Below, piece after piece: positions 1-13,569 of a stretch of 64,000 nucleotides of DNA. Source of the stretch: Sminthopsis crassicaudata (taxonomy: Eukaryota); assembly GCF_048593235.1 (NCBI RefSeq), contig NC_133620.1, positions 29,948,852-30,012,851 on the forward strand, given 5' to 3'. The notes under the pieces are model-generated. The model had not been told where the DNA came from, ran no database searches, and worked only from the letters and a program-made list of their open reading frames with translations. Numbering within the stretch: the stretch's first letter is position 1; every line of letters begins with the position of its first letter. The position numbers were made by a program, and so were the translations under genes.

Positions 1-844
1 GCTCCATCCTCTGATCACTTCATAAGACAACCTTCTTCCACTACCCCCCTGAGAGAAAGAAAGAGGGCCTCCCAGGAGGAGAGCAAGCATCCTCCAAGGG
101 CAGCAGACAATCCAGGGAGCAGCAACTCGGGGCCAGGCTGCAGTGGGTGCCTGGGGACAAGGACGGTCCCACTCTCAACAAAATGGCTTTCTACTGAAGG
201 TTAAAGTACAGAGCCATATTGAGACAGGCGCCTGAGAGGGGCCGATACAGAGAGCCAGGGGTGGGGGTCAGCACTGCTGCTGGCACTTTGAGATCCACAA
301 GTGCAGAACAGAGGGTGGCCCTCCCTGACTGTACAACCCTAGGCCTCAATGCTCCTCATGTTCACAGCTCTCATCTTGAGAAGCAAACTGAAATCCAAAG
401 ATGAAGAACAATTTGCCCGGGGCCCACAGGAGCAAAAAGCAAAAGCGCTCTCATCACCCCATCCTGCTCATCAACCACAAAGTGGACTCTGCCCAGTGCC
501 AACAGTGGTGCTTTCTGGGCCACAAGGAAGAACTGGCAACATCTGACTCATCCTAAAACTTAAAAACAAGCAGCTGTCCAGGGAAGCAAGCAGCTGGGAG
601 AAGAAGGCATGTGGGTACAAACAAGTGGGATTACATTTGCAGGTGGGGACACCCTGAGCAGACTGGCACATCTGCAGGTGGGTATACTTCGAGGAGACTG
701 GCGGTATTGTCGATATTGTTCCTCAGTGGCTCAGGCTGGCCTCAGAGGGCTCCAGCCTTAGTGGTTCAAGGCTCTGGGCCGGCTGAGCGGGACGCCTGAC
801 CTGCTCCCCGGGCCCCCTTTCCCCACTCCCCCAGTCATGCACAC

Positions 845-1080
845 CTGGCTGATGACGTAGATGCCATACCGCAGCCGCTGCCGCCGCAGAATAGGATGCA
901 AATAGTGCAGCCAGTATCGAAGGTGGTGCTCCCGGTGGCGGAAGGGAATGATGATGGCCACGGTTTGCCGAGGGGTACAGTCGGGAGGGGCGTAACGGCC
1001 CCCTCCTTGCACACCAGGGTTCTCCTGCTGGACCCGATCCATTGGCATGGGTGAGCTAAATTCAATCAGTAGCCGGCCCA
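845..1080 (-). CDS. B4GALT2: B4GALT2 second coding exon (236 bp)
   Basis: (V)GRLLIEFSS...YVISQ; AG at 1082-1081, GT at 844-843. Confidence 0.96.
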
Positions 1081-1513
1081 CTGGGGGGAGGAAGGGGGCT
1101 GTTGTAAGGGAAGCCGCCAGGGGACTCAAGCCCCAATGCCCCCCCCCTTATACACACAGAGCTGTCCCCCATGCTCTGCAAGGGGCCTCACCTAACCCGG
1201 GTGGCATGTCAGGGCACGGGGGCAGGGGCAGCGTGGTGACCGAGTGGTTGGCGTCCGGCCGGGGACTAGGAGCCTCCGAGCTGGGGGCCGTGCCGTTGGG
1301 CCGGGAGCAGTTGGTGCCGATGCCCATGGCGGCGGCAGGGTGCGGTGAGCGAGCGGCAGTTCGGCGGCCGTGGGCACTGAAGCGACTGAAGAAGTCGAGG
1401 TGCTGGGCATAGACGTCAAAGTAGAGGATGACGGCGATGAGGAAGTGCAGTAGACAGAGGAGCAGCACAGCTTTGCAGATCCGCTCCAGGGTCCCCCCCA
1501 GCAGCCTGCTCAT
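845..1513 (-). CDS. B4GALT2: beta-1,4-galactosyltransferase 2, 5' part of CDS (coding exons 1192-1513 and 845-1080; the rest lies left of the window)
   Basis: Translates MSRLLGGTLERICKAVLLLCLLHFLIAVILYFDVYAQHL...PPGL|VGRLLIEFSSPMPMDRVQQENPGV...IIPFRHREHHLRYWLHYLHPILRRQRLRYGIYVISQ. Junctions G|GTGAG, CCCCAG|TG and CAG|GTGTG have consistent phases; 186 codons. Synteny with ATP6V0B. Confidence 0.96.
1192..1513 (-). CDS. B4GALT2: B4GALT2 first coding exon (322 coding bp; signal anchor and stem). The exon probably extends 5' to an acceptor at 1640
   Basis: ATG at 1513-1511; donor GT at 1191-1190; candidate acceptor ctccctgctcccccag| before 1640 (inferred). Confidence 0.95.
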
Positions 1514-2699
1514 CTTCTGGCTGCCCAGCTCGGCCTGGGCATTGGTCCTGCCGGCCCTGCCAACAAACAGCCAGCTGGCTCCACTCTGGCAGCAGGCAGC
1601 CCCAGCTGGGACCCCACCGGCGGCCCCAACTCCTGATGGTCTGGGGGAGCAGGGAGCCACTACTGCCCCATCTTAGAGAAGCCCCAGCTCCCACAAAAGG
1701 CCCGATAGCTTAGCCAGACCGAACCCTTCCCGTACTCCCAGGGGCACAGAGCTGGGAGGAAAGGAGACCCTGAAGAGCAAGGCGGCCCAGACGAGGGTCC
1801 ACAGCTCTTCTCTCGTGTATGGCTGGACTTCTCGGTCGGTTGGGGAGGATCTGGGACCCCACCCTGAGAAGCTGAGACAGGAGCTACCAGCACTCTGGGT
1901 CTGAACTAGATGCCAGGGAGGGCCTTAGGGACTGCAGACAGTGGGCACGCCCAGGGCCCTGGGAAGGGAGGAGGCAGCAGCGGGGTCCTTTTTCCAATAG
2001 AAGGTAGCACTGACTGGCACGGGGGGCACAGGTGGCACTGCCCAGGAGCAGCTGTAGGCAGGAGGCAGGGCCATCGTCACCTTCCACGGGATACTCCCAG
2101 ACCCACAGAAGCAGCAGCACCTCCCGGCTCCAGAGGCTCGGGCCTTAGCCCCCAGCCAACCCAATGCTTCCATGTTCTCTCAGCCAAACAAGGCCCCAAT
2201 TCAAGCACATGGCAGCTGAGTTCAGATCACAACAAACTCCCAGCTCCAAGAGGTGCCGGAGGCAGGGACCAGGGAAGGGAAGAAGAGAAGGAATAAAGCG
2301 GAGGGAAGGATGAATGGAAGTCAGAAGGTAAGGGGACCCAGAAAGGAAGGCACTGAATGAACGAAGCCTGAGGGAAGCCAGAAGAACGGGGGACAAAGGG
2401 AAGGCCAAAGCAGGTAGGGGCTGCTGAGCAAAGGAGGGGGGGCTGGAAGGGGAGGCTAGGGGCACCCTAAGGGGGGGGGACCTGGATGGGGGAGGGGGCT
2501 TCCCAACTCCCTAACTGCTGCATCTTTTTAGGCTCTTGATCAATGAGCTGGGATGGGTTAGGAGGAGAGGACCCAAAGAGCTCCGGGCTTCAGCCTTGGG
2601 GGAGCAGCGCGATTAGGCGGAGGGGTCTCGCAGACCAGAGGGGCTGTGGGCTCGGTCTGAGAGAACAAGAGATGGAGGGTCAGCACTCAGGACCCGGCC

Positions 2700-3330
2700 G
2701 GGCGGGACGCTAGGCTGGGCACTCAGGGCCCCGCGGGGCTGTACAGGTGGGAGGTAAAAGGGCTGGGCTGGCTCAGAGCAGGGTAGGGGCTGTACAGGTG
2801 GGAGGTGACGGGGTGGGCTCGGCGCTCAGGGGCCCGCTGGGCTGTACAGAAGAGGGGGAAATTGGGGCCCGCGGGCCGTACAGGTTGGGTCAGAGGGGAT
2901 GGCTCGGCGCTCAGGGCCCCTCCCCGCATCCTCACCAGCTGCGCTCGGCGCTCAGGGCCCCGCGGGGCTGGGCTCGGGATCGGGGCCGGGGCCGGGCCGG
3001 GCCGCGGCCGCTCCATCCCCCATGGCCCCGGAGCCCGCTTAGCGCCTCCCCGGAGGCCCGATGCCGAGTCCCCTCTCGCTCCCGCCTCCTCCTCCGCCTC
3101 CTCCGCCGCGGGGCATGGTGCGGCCCGCCCGGGGCCGCCGGAGCCGGAGCCGGAGCCGCCGAGACGGAACCTCGCAGGGGAAGCAGGGAGCGGCGGCGCG
3201 CGCCCCCGCGTCCGCGCCCCCGCGCGCGCTCCGCCCTGCCCCGCCCCGCCCGTCCGCGCGCCCCGGAGCTCCAGGCCGCAGGCGCAGAAGCGGCGGAGGG
3301 AGGAGCCTGAAGAAGGGGTTGGGGCCTGGA
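2700..3330 (-). promoter_or_regulatory. B4GALT2: CpG island with probable non-coding first exon of B4GALT2 (candidate donor CTG|GTGAGG at 2936)
   Basis: Very GC/CpG-rich, about 1.3 kb upstream of the first coding exon. The exon role is inferred. Confidence 0.7.
2715..2975. repeat. Degenerate GC-rich tandem repeat with a core like GGCTCGGCGCTCAGGGCCCC(GCG)GGGCTGTACAG
   Basis: About 5 visible recurrences of the ctcaggg(g)ccc and gctgtacag blocks. Confidence 0.7.
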
Positions 3331-3444
3331 CAGAAAAAAAGACTCAGGCTGAAATTACCCCCAGAAGCCTCGGGGGCGAGCCCAAGAAACCCACAGGTGG
3401 CAAGCTGAAAAAACCCCGACAAGCAACTGGGGAGGGCGGGGCCT

Positions 3445-3600
3445 TTGCAATGGGGGCGGGCCTGTTCATACAAAATCTATAGCGGTCTCTCCCGGGAGCG
3501 GGACCAGGGTGGAGGGGAAGGGCCATTCATACAAAATCTACGGCTGACAGTCTCGGGGGTGGGGCCTCGAGAGAGGGGCGGGCCCTAGTAAAATCCATCG
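3445..3600. repeat. About 60-bp triplicated unit in the B4GALT2 promoter (GC box followed by TTCATACAAAATCTA)
   Basis: Exact 15-mer at 3465-3479 and 3526-3540; degenerate third copy ending at 3597. Confidence 0.8.
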
Positions 3601-4168
3601 AGAGCTGCCTGGGGGCGGGCCCCGACCGAACACCTGGAGAAGCCAGGAGCTAGGAGCGGACCCTGGGCGGGGAGCTCGAGGAAGAAGAAGCGCCCCACAG
3701 AACCTCCCAGGCAGGGGGTCGGACAGCTCTGAGCTCCCCACGTGGCGTGGCTGTGCTGGGAGAAGCCTCCCGGGAGCCAGAGCGAACTGGGGAGACTGGA
3801 ACAAAGTGGTCAGAGCTGGGGGGGAGGGGCTCCGAGAGCTGCCCAGGAGGGCTCCGGGCCCTGGAGATCGCCGGGGGAGTAGGAAGGGAACAGGGCTGCC
3901 AGAGGGCATCAAGTCGGGGAAGGCCTAACAGGGCACAAGGGCAGTTCCAAGGTCCTCCACACACTATACTGGATGCCCCACTCTCAAGCGTGTGAGCACT
4001 GGCACAGGAGCCTTTAAGATCCCTAAAGTGAGCCTGCCCACGAGAGTGAGAGTCTCTTCCCCTTCTCTGGGAGACGTGGGTGGGTCCAGGTAAAGCAAGA
4101 CATGCCCCCGCCCCTCCGTGAAAGAATGAACAGGGAGCCGATGGCTGGGGTAACCCAGGACACAGACC

Positions 4169-4174
4169 TTTATT
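4169..4174 (-). terminator. ATP6V0B: Polyadenylation signal AATAAA of ATP6V0B
   Basis: tttatt on the plus strand, about 235 nt past the stop codon. Confidence 0.75.
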
Positions 4175-4407
4175 TCAAACACTGGTGAGGCGGGGGTGGG
4201 GCAGAGAACACAATCTCCCAACCCTGAGGCCAGGGCCTGCCCCTCTGAGGGACTCCAGAAGGGCAGAAAGCAGTGAGGGCCAGAGGGACACAGTATGGAC
4301 ACCAAGGGGAGGGGCAGCTCCCCTGGCTGGGGCAGCCAGGCCCCCCAGGAAAACCAATAAATTAAGAGTAGATCACAGCAGGGCAGGGCCCTCCCACTGC
4401 TCCAGGC

Positions 4408-7259
<2,852 letters not shown>

Positions 7260-8210
7260 GGCGGCGACGGGGCCGGGGTCCAAGGCTGGAGTCGGAGCCG
7301 GAGGTCGGGGGCCGGGGGTCGGGGGTCTCGGTCGCCGGCCGAGCCCGAGCGCACTGAGCTCTGCCGCCTCCGCCCGCCCGTCCCCGCGCCGGGTCACCTG
7401 ACGTCAGGGCCTTTGCCATGTGACCACGGGCTCCGCCCTCCGTTCATCCACGTGATCCCATGGAAGCGAACCGCAAAGGGGCCTGGGAATTGTAGTCGGC
7501 CGAGAGACTCGAGGAAGCGCCGGGTCCTGATGCGGCACCTAGGGAGAAACGGGCTGGCGGAAAATGGAGCAAAGCGGCCACCTTTCACTCCCCACGGCTC
7601 GCCGGAGCAAGAGCGCTCGAGGCACTCGGATCTGGGGGGAGGGGACATGTCAATCTCGCCCCTGTCACTACTGGTGTGGCCTTGGTCTCAGCGCCAGACA
7701 CGAAAATACCCACAAAGCGAATGAGAGTTGGGGAGGAGGGGCATGGAAACGAGTCCGTGCGGGGGCTCTGTCCGCTGCGCTGCCTCGCGGCCCCACGTCC
7801 CCGTTCTTTGGCACCTCAACGATGAATGTACCTGTTCTTTAGTCTTCCTGGATTAAGAGACTTAATCCACCCGCCATCTTGTTTCCCTCTTTCCTTCCTA
7901 ATTCTCTGTTGAGGGAAATGCGTTTCTGTACCAAATAGTGTCTGCATGTACATCCTTCCCTCCTCTTGTTCAGATTTCTACTTGCACACTGGGATGATGC
8001 TAAATGATTTTCCCTAAAGTTCCTCTCTTTCCTTCCCTTTCTTCCAACTCAAGACCTTTTACCGGCCGATTTTGACTCTTAGAAGTCAGTAATTGAGTAG
8101 TTCTCCCCATAGAACCCCAATCTGAGTATTAATTTCATCAAACATTCTCTGTGTACGAGGTTGTGCAGTCCTCTTCCCTTTGCTTTCAGGATCATCAAGA
8201 CATACTAGGA

Positions 8211-8354
8211 GGGGCAGCTAGGGGGCGCAGTGGAGAGAGCACCAGCCCAGAAGTCAGGAGAACCCGAGTTCAAATCTGGTCTCAGACACTTCACACTTCC
8301 TGGCTGTGTGACCCTGGGCAAGTCACTTAACCCCAGCCTTGGGGAAAAAAAAAA
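8211..8354 (+). mobile_element. Short marsupial CORE-SINE (WSINE1-like) with A-tail
   Basis: ggggcagctagggggcgcagtgg...gagttcaaatc...gtgaccctgggcaagtcacttaaccc, then poly(A). Confidence 0.85.
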
Positions 8355-8479
8355 TCCTAGGGGAAGGGGGTGGTCAGTAGGGAGGGAGACAAATTTGGAA
8401 CATTAGGTTTTGCAAGGGTTTCATGTATTTTAAAAATAGAAACCTATTATTAAAAATATATATCATTACAACATAACAG

Positions 8480-9050
8480 AATCACAACCAGACTTTCTAA
8501 TTAGATTCTTTCCATGCTCCTTGGTGAAGACAGGGTTCACAGAGGACATATGTATTTTCTCCTCATATTAGAATACATTTTCTTCTACTCTTCAATCTTT
8601 TGGACTTCTCCGATATTTCTTGCTGTCTCATGAAGCCATCGATTTCTCTATGGTTTATTCTAGATTTCAGGCAGACTCTTACTTGAGTAAGCTTTGTCAC
8701 TTTCTGTTCTAAGCTCTGCAGTTTCTCCATTTCCCTCCTCCTGAGCTTTAATTTTTTAGACATTTCTTGTTTCATTTCCTTCCTGTCTGCATGCAGTCCT
8801 TATGAGAAATTCTTTTTTTTCTTTGAGTTGCTTACAATTCTTACGAGTTTAATTTGTTCCTTCTTTGTGGAGGTGGGGGGAGATGGGAGGATCTTCAAAT
8901 CACCAATATTCTTTTTTAGATTGGTCATCGTTTTACTTGACATACCCTTGACTTTGCTCTTGCCACTGGACTCTGACTCTGGAGAAGAGTGAGGAAATTA
9001 TGATTTTAGAAAGTTAATCAAGGGGAAGCCAGACAGGAAATAATACATAA
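8480..9050 (-). mobile_element. Old L1 ORF1-region fragment
   Basis: ORF 8563-8775 gives a K/E-rich coiled-coil-like peptide (REMEKLQSLEQKVTKLTQ...KSRI) of the L1 ORF1p type. Confidence 0.5.
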
Positions 9051-9084
9051 ATTTTGGAGGCTACTTCAAGTATGTTTCCAGAGG

Positions 9085-10682
9085 GGGGGGCAGAGCCAAG
9101 ATGGCGGAGAAGATACACACCACTGTGTAAGCTCCTTTCTTCCCTCACAACCAACTAGATTTAATCAGCCTCAGAAACAGCATTGGACTGATAGAATCCA
9201 CAAGGACTGGAAGCACGCCTTACCAGCTGAAGAGAATCTGGAGTTTCAGCAGGAAAGGTCAGCTCCCAGGGGAGGAAGAAGAGAGACCAGCGCAGACGGT
9301 GGGGTAGTGGCACACTGCGCCGGTCGCGCTGGGGAGGGCTCTGGGATCAGAGAATCCACTGAGATAAAAGAATCTGGCACAGGCTGTTACCTCTTCTCTG
9401 CTTATAATACAGCAGTTCAGAGGAGAAATATAAACCACTTTAAAATTTAAAACTAGATTGGATCTTCCCGGATCCCAGGGGTGACTCAGTGGCCGGCATA
9501 GGCAATCCAGGCTTTTGCCTCAGGGTAGTTAAGAGATTGAAGAGTGGGCGGGGCGGTAACTCATAGTGCCTGGCTCGGCTGGAGGAGGTGGAACGGAAGT
9601 CCCAGAGAAGCGAAATCTTTGAACTAGGGACCCTGGTTCCTGGCAGACACTTCCAGTTTGAGTGCAGGGGCTTTTCACGTCACCTGCTGCAGACATCCAC
9701 ACCCCACCGGGACGCATAGGCTAGGCTTTGAGTCACCTTTACTGTTCAGTCTCAACCTCAGGGAAGCCGCTAAAACACAGCGCCCTCGGGGCACAGCAGT
9801 GCTGGTCACCTCTGAGGCACTTCCAGGGAGGGGGTGGGGAACTCTCTCTTAGCTCAGGCACAGGGGCTACTGCATCCATCCGGTCTGGGAGGAAACTGGT
9901 AAAGAAATAAATAAATAATTTCCTACCCCTGGGACAGACCCCAAAAGATTTTTTAAGTATGAGCAAGAAGCCCAAAAAAACTATAGATTCCTTCTACACA
10001 GAGAAAGAGCGGGTATTCAACCCCGAGGAAGTTAACAGCAGAGAGTCAGCAGATAACAACCTAAAGGGGAACGATTCCTGCCCCCCATCACATAACTCTC
10101 TCCATGAAGAGACTATTAAAAAGTTAAGAGAGTTTGAAGAAAAATGGGGGAAGGAAAGAGAAGCTATGAAATTGAAGTTGGAAAAAATAAAGAATTCACA
10201 GGAGATGCAGGGAAACAAATTTAGTGAATTAGAAAAGGTAAAAAAATCACAGGAAAGTAGGATTTCTGAATTGGGGAAGATAAAAAAGTCTCAAGAAAAT
10301 AGGATTTCTGAATTGGAGAAGATAAAAAAGTCCCAAGAAAATAGGATTTCTGAATTGGAAAAAGAAAATAATTCTCAAAAAAAAAATTAGGGAAATGGAA
10401 AAAAATTCAATAGAGCAAAATAACTCATTTAAAAATGAAATTGGGCATTTACAAAAAGAACTAAAAACTGTGAATGAAGAAAATAACTCCTTAAAAGTCA
10501 GGATGGAACAAATAGAAATGAATGATTCATTGAGAACCCAAGAATCAGTCAAACAAAACAAAAAAAATTAGAAGCTGGAGAACAACGTCAAATACTTACT
10601 GGGAAAATCTATAGACCTGGAAAATAGATCTAGGAGAGATAATCTGCGGATCATTGGTCTTCCCGAAAACTATGACCAAAAA
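9085..10682 (+). mobile_element. Young L1: complete 5' UTR plus the N-terminal part of ORF1, 3'-truncated, 17-bp TSD
   Basis: Starts gggggg-cagagccAAGATGGCGG (YY1 site 9098-9107). ORF1 ATG at 9959; motif DLENRSRRDNLRIIGLPE near 10610-10665; frameshift in the A10 run 10377-10386; in-frame TAG 10569-10571. TSD aagtatgtttccagagg at 9068-9084 and 10683-10699. Confidence 0.92.
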
Positions 10683-10869
10683 AAGTATGTTTCCAGAGGA
10701 TTCTAAACCATAGGAGTGCCTCGACAAATCTAATTATATTAACTTGATTAGCTTAGAAGAATGAAGAAGGATCTTTGGATTGGAAAGGACATAGAAGTGG
10801 ATACTGATTCTTCAGATATGTAGGGAGGTTGTGAGAGAGTACCCAGCAGCCCTTGAGGCATTCAGGTCA

Positions 10870-11170
10870 TTAGGCCCAGATGGAACTGATCCAGTGAGAG
10901 TGAGAAAACTGACTGGTGGGATTGCTGAGCCACCGTCTGAGATGTGAAATGTCACAGAGAGCAGGCCCAAGACTGGAATGGGCAAAGGTGGTCCTTCAAA
11001 AAAAAAAAGGAGAAAACAGAATTTACTAACTATTGGCTGAGTTTTCCAGCAAAATCCCCAGCTGTATTAAGAAAAGGATGGTACTGAGTGAACATCTGGA
11101 GAGGGGAGCAGTTATCAGAGAGGCAGCCCAGCTCCTGCCAGATTAAATTTCTTTGTGGGGTGTGGTTAGA
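10870..11170 (+). mobile_element. L3/CR1 ORF2 fragment
   Basis: Resembles the CR1 RT-upstream segment (gattgctgagccac...gactggaatgggcaaa...aaaaaagga...actaactattggctgag...cagcaaaatcc). Confidence 0.6.
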
Positions 11171-12429
11171 TGGGGGGAGGGGGGCATTTGGTCCCAGGAG
11201 TCCTATAATGCCAATATGAACATAGGTTCAACTGTTTCCGTTCCACCCTATCACTGTTTCCAGGCTCATTCCCAATAAAGCTGCCCTGAGTTTAAAAAAA
11301 AAAAAAAGTCTAGGACATGATCTGAATGTTATTCAGTCTTCCATCTGCAGGAACTCTCCCTCATCTGCTCCATCTCCCACCAAGTTCCTCCTCTAGAGAA
11401 CACTCAATTTTTCCCTTTTGTGTTAACTCCCCCTGCTTCCATCTTGAACTGGACACTTGAACTAAAATCATCGTAAACAAGCTTTTCTAGCACTTACATA
11501 GAATGTGAATAAAAATGTGGATCGTATAATGAGATACATGATGTAACAGCAGCTTCAAGTAACATAGCTATTGGGGAATGATCAATGTCAGGGTCCAAGA
11601 GCTTTGGCCTGGGTTCATAGCACAAGTGGGGCTTCTTCCCAAGCTGCTCTCCTCTCCCTAGTCCTCTCTAGCATGTAGCCCCAAGGTGATCAGGACCTCT
11701 GTCCCCAGCCCCTTCCTTCCCCACCTCCGCCCCAGTGCCTCTGCCCCCTCCCCTCAGCAGTGACTATTTACTGGCAGGCATCCCTCCCTTCCTCTCCTCT
11801 CCTGCCACCCCCCCTCCCACTCCGGCTGTTGCTGCTATTTCCCTTCTCCAGTCTTAGTCAGAGACTGAGCAAGGCCTTTCAGGGCAGCCTTCTAACCCTT
11901 TTCTCAAGAAGCTTCCTCATTTCTCTGTGGAAGTCATAAGAAGTAATTTGAGGGCATAAGAACTTAGGAAACTTGCAGCTTTCTCAGAGCCTCTCTCTCT
12001 GTCTCTGTCTCTCAATTTCAAACCTCCCACATAGGCAGACACTTCCATCAGTTTCCCTGGATTTTTAGCAATATGAGTCAAAATATCTCACAGTAGTGTT
12101 CTGGGAAAAGCTATAGACAGACAATAACGTGGCCTGGCAGACTTGAAGGACCAGAATTAACGATAATCACCACCCACTTGGAAGGTCTTCATTCCCTGAA
12201 ATTTGTGCTTTGATCTGGACTTTTTAAAAGGTTATCAGTGACTTAGAGAAAGGCCCAGATAGTATTGTGCTCTCTTCAATCTCGCAGGTGACACCAGCCA
12301 GGAGGGATGGATCTTACACAATGGCTGACCAGCAGGCTCCAAAAAGTTGGTGATAAGGTAGAAGCCTCGGGCTGATTTGAAGAAGGTGCAATCCATGATA
12401 ATTGTGGACATATGCAGAGAAGAATTACC

Positions 12430-12975
12430 CGTTTAACATCTAAGAGAGGGGATGGGGGAGGGAGAAACAAATTGGAACACAAGATTTGGCAAGGATGAAC
12501 GTTGAACAATACTATGTGAAGATATATTCTGATGGAAGTCTATATCTTCAACATAAAGAAGATCCAATTCAGTTCCAGTTGATCAATGATGGACAGAAAC
12601 AACTACACCCAGAGAAGGAACACTGGGAAGTGAATGTAAACTCTTTGCACTATTGTCTTTCTTCCCAGGTTACTTATACCTTCGGAATCCAATTCTTGCC
12701 ATGCAATAAAAAATTTGGTTTTACACACATATATTGTATCAAGGATATACTGTAACACATTTAACATGTATGGGATTGCCTGTCATCTAGGGGAGGGAGT
12801 AGAGGGAAGGAGGGGAAAATTTAGAAAAGTGAATATAAGGGATAATGTTGTAAAAAAAAAAAAAAATTACCCATGCATATATACTGTCAAAAAATTATAA
12901 TTATAAAATTAATTTAAAAAAAAAAGATGAACATTGAAAATTATCTATCCATATGTTTTGAAAACAAAAATCTAA
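12430..12975 (+). mobile_element. 5'-truncated L1 3' end (12507-12925) nested in an older L1 3' end
   Basis: TSD gatgaac(g/a)ttgaa at 12494-12506 and 12926-12938; polypurine tract and A-tail. Confidence 0.8.
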
Positions 12976-13569
12976 AAAACCAAATAGGGTGGAATATCAC
13001 AATGCTAAAGAAATGTATGTGAAATACACAGAAAGGCATAGGAAGACTTTTCTGAACTAATGCACAAAGAATTAATTGGAACCACTGAAACAATATACAC
13101 AGTAACTACCATAATACAAGTTAAAACAATAAGAAAAACGAAATTATAATTGAGACCCAAAGAATAATGATAAACAATGATAGCTAAAATAGCAGCAGTT
13201 GGGGATGGGCCAGAAGTGGGCATACTACATGTAATATTGATCTTGATTGTTCTAAAATAGAACCCTTTTGTACACTTTTCAAATTCTTTATTATAAGGAA
13301 AAACTATCTGAGAGGATTATACTGGGAAATGAAGGAAATATAAAAGCAAGATATGTCCATGGATTAAATTTTAAAATAAATCAACCAAAAAAAGGTGCAA
13401 TCAATCCACAAGGAAGAAAAGTCCAGTCTTGTACTTGGGTATCAAAATTCTAAGACCAGAGGGACAAAGACAGACAGCAGACGTTCTGGAAAAAGACCGT
13501 GGTGGGGAATGGGAGGCTCGTGGACTCCAAGTTCAAGGAATCAGCAGCTTATTGAGGCGGGTGGCCAAA

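Noticed and set aside
1-844. Further B4GALT2 exons (HGEDTFNRAKLLNVG...)
   Set aside because: No matching translation or splice pattern found; this is intron and the remaining exons lie outside the window
1514-1660. In-frame N-terminal extension of B4GALT2 in the ORF track (start 1660)
   Set aside because: It starts at a GTG that lies upstream of the likely acceptor at 1640, i.e. in intron
2747-3482. Long ORFs (187 aa, 225 aa) over the B4GALT2 CpG island
   Set aside because: Pro/Arg/Gly/Ala low-complexity products expected from stop-poor GC-rich DNA; no recognisable domain
8211-8290. tRNA-like A and B boxes
   Set aside because: Head of a tRNA-derived CORE-SINE, not a tRNA gene (also 36191-36347 and 63225-63369)
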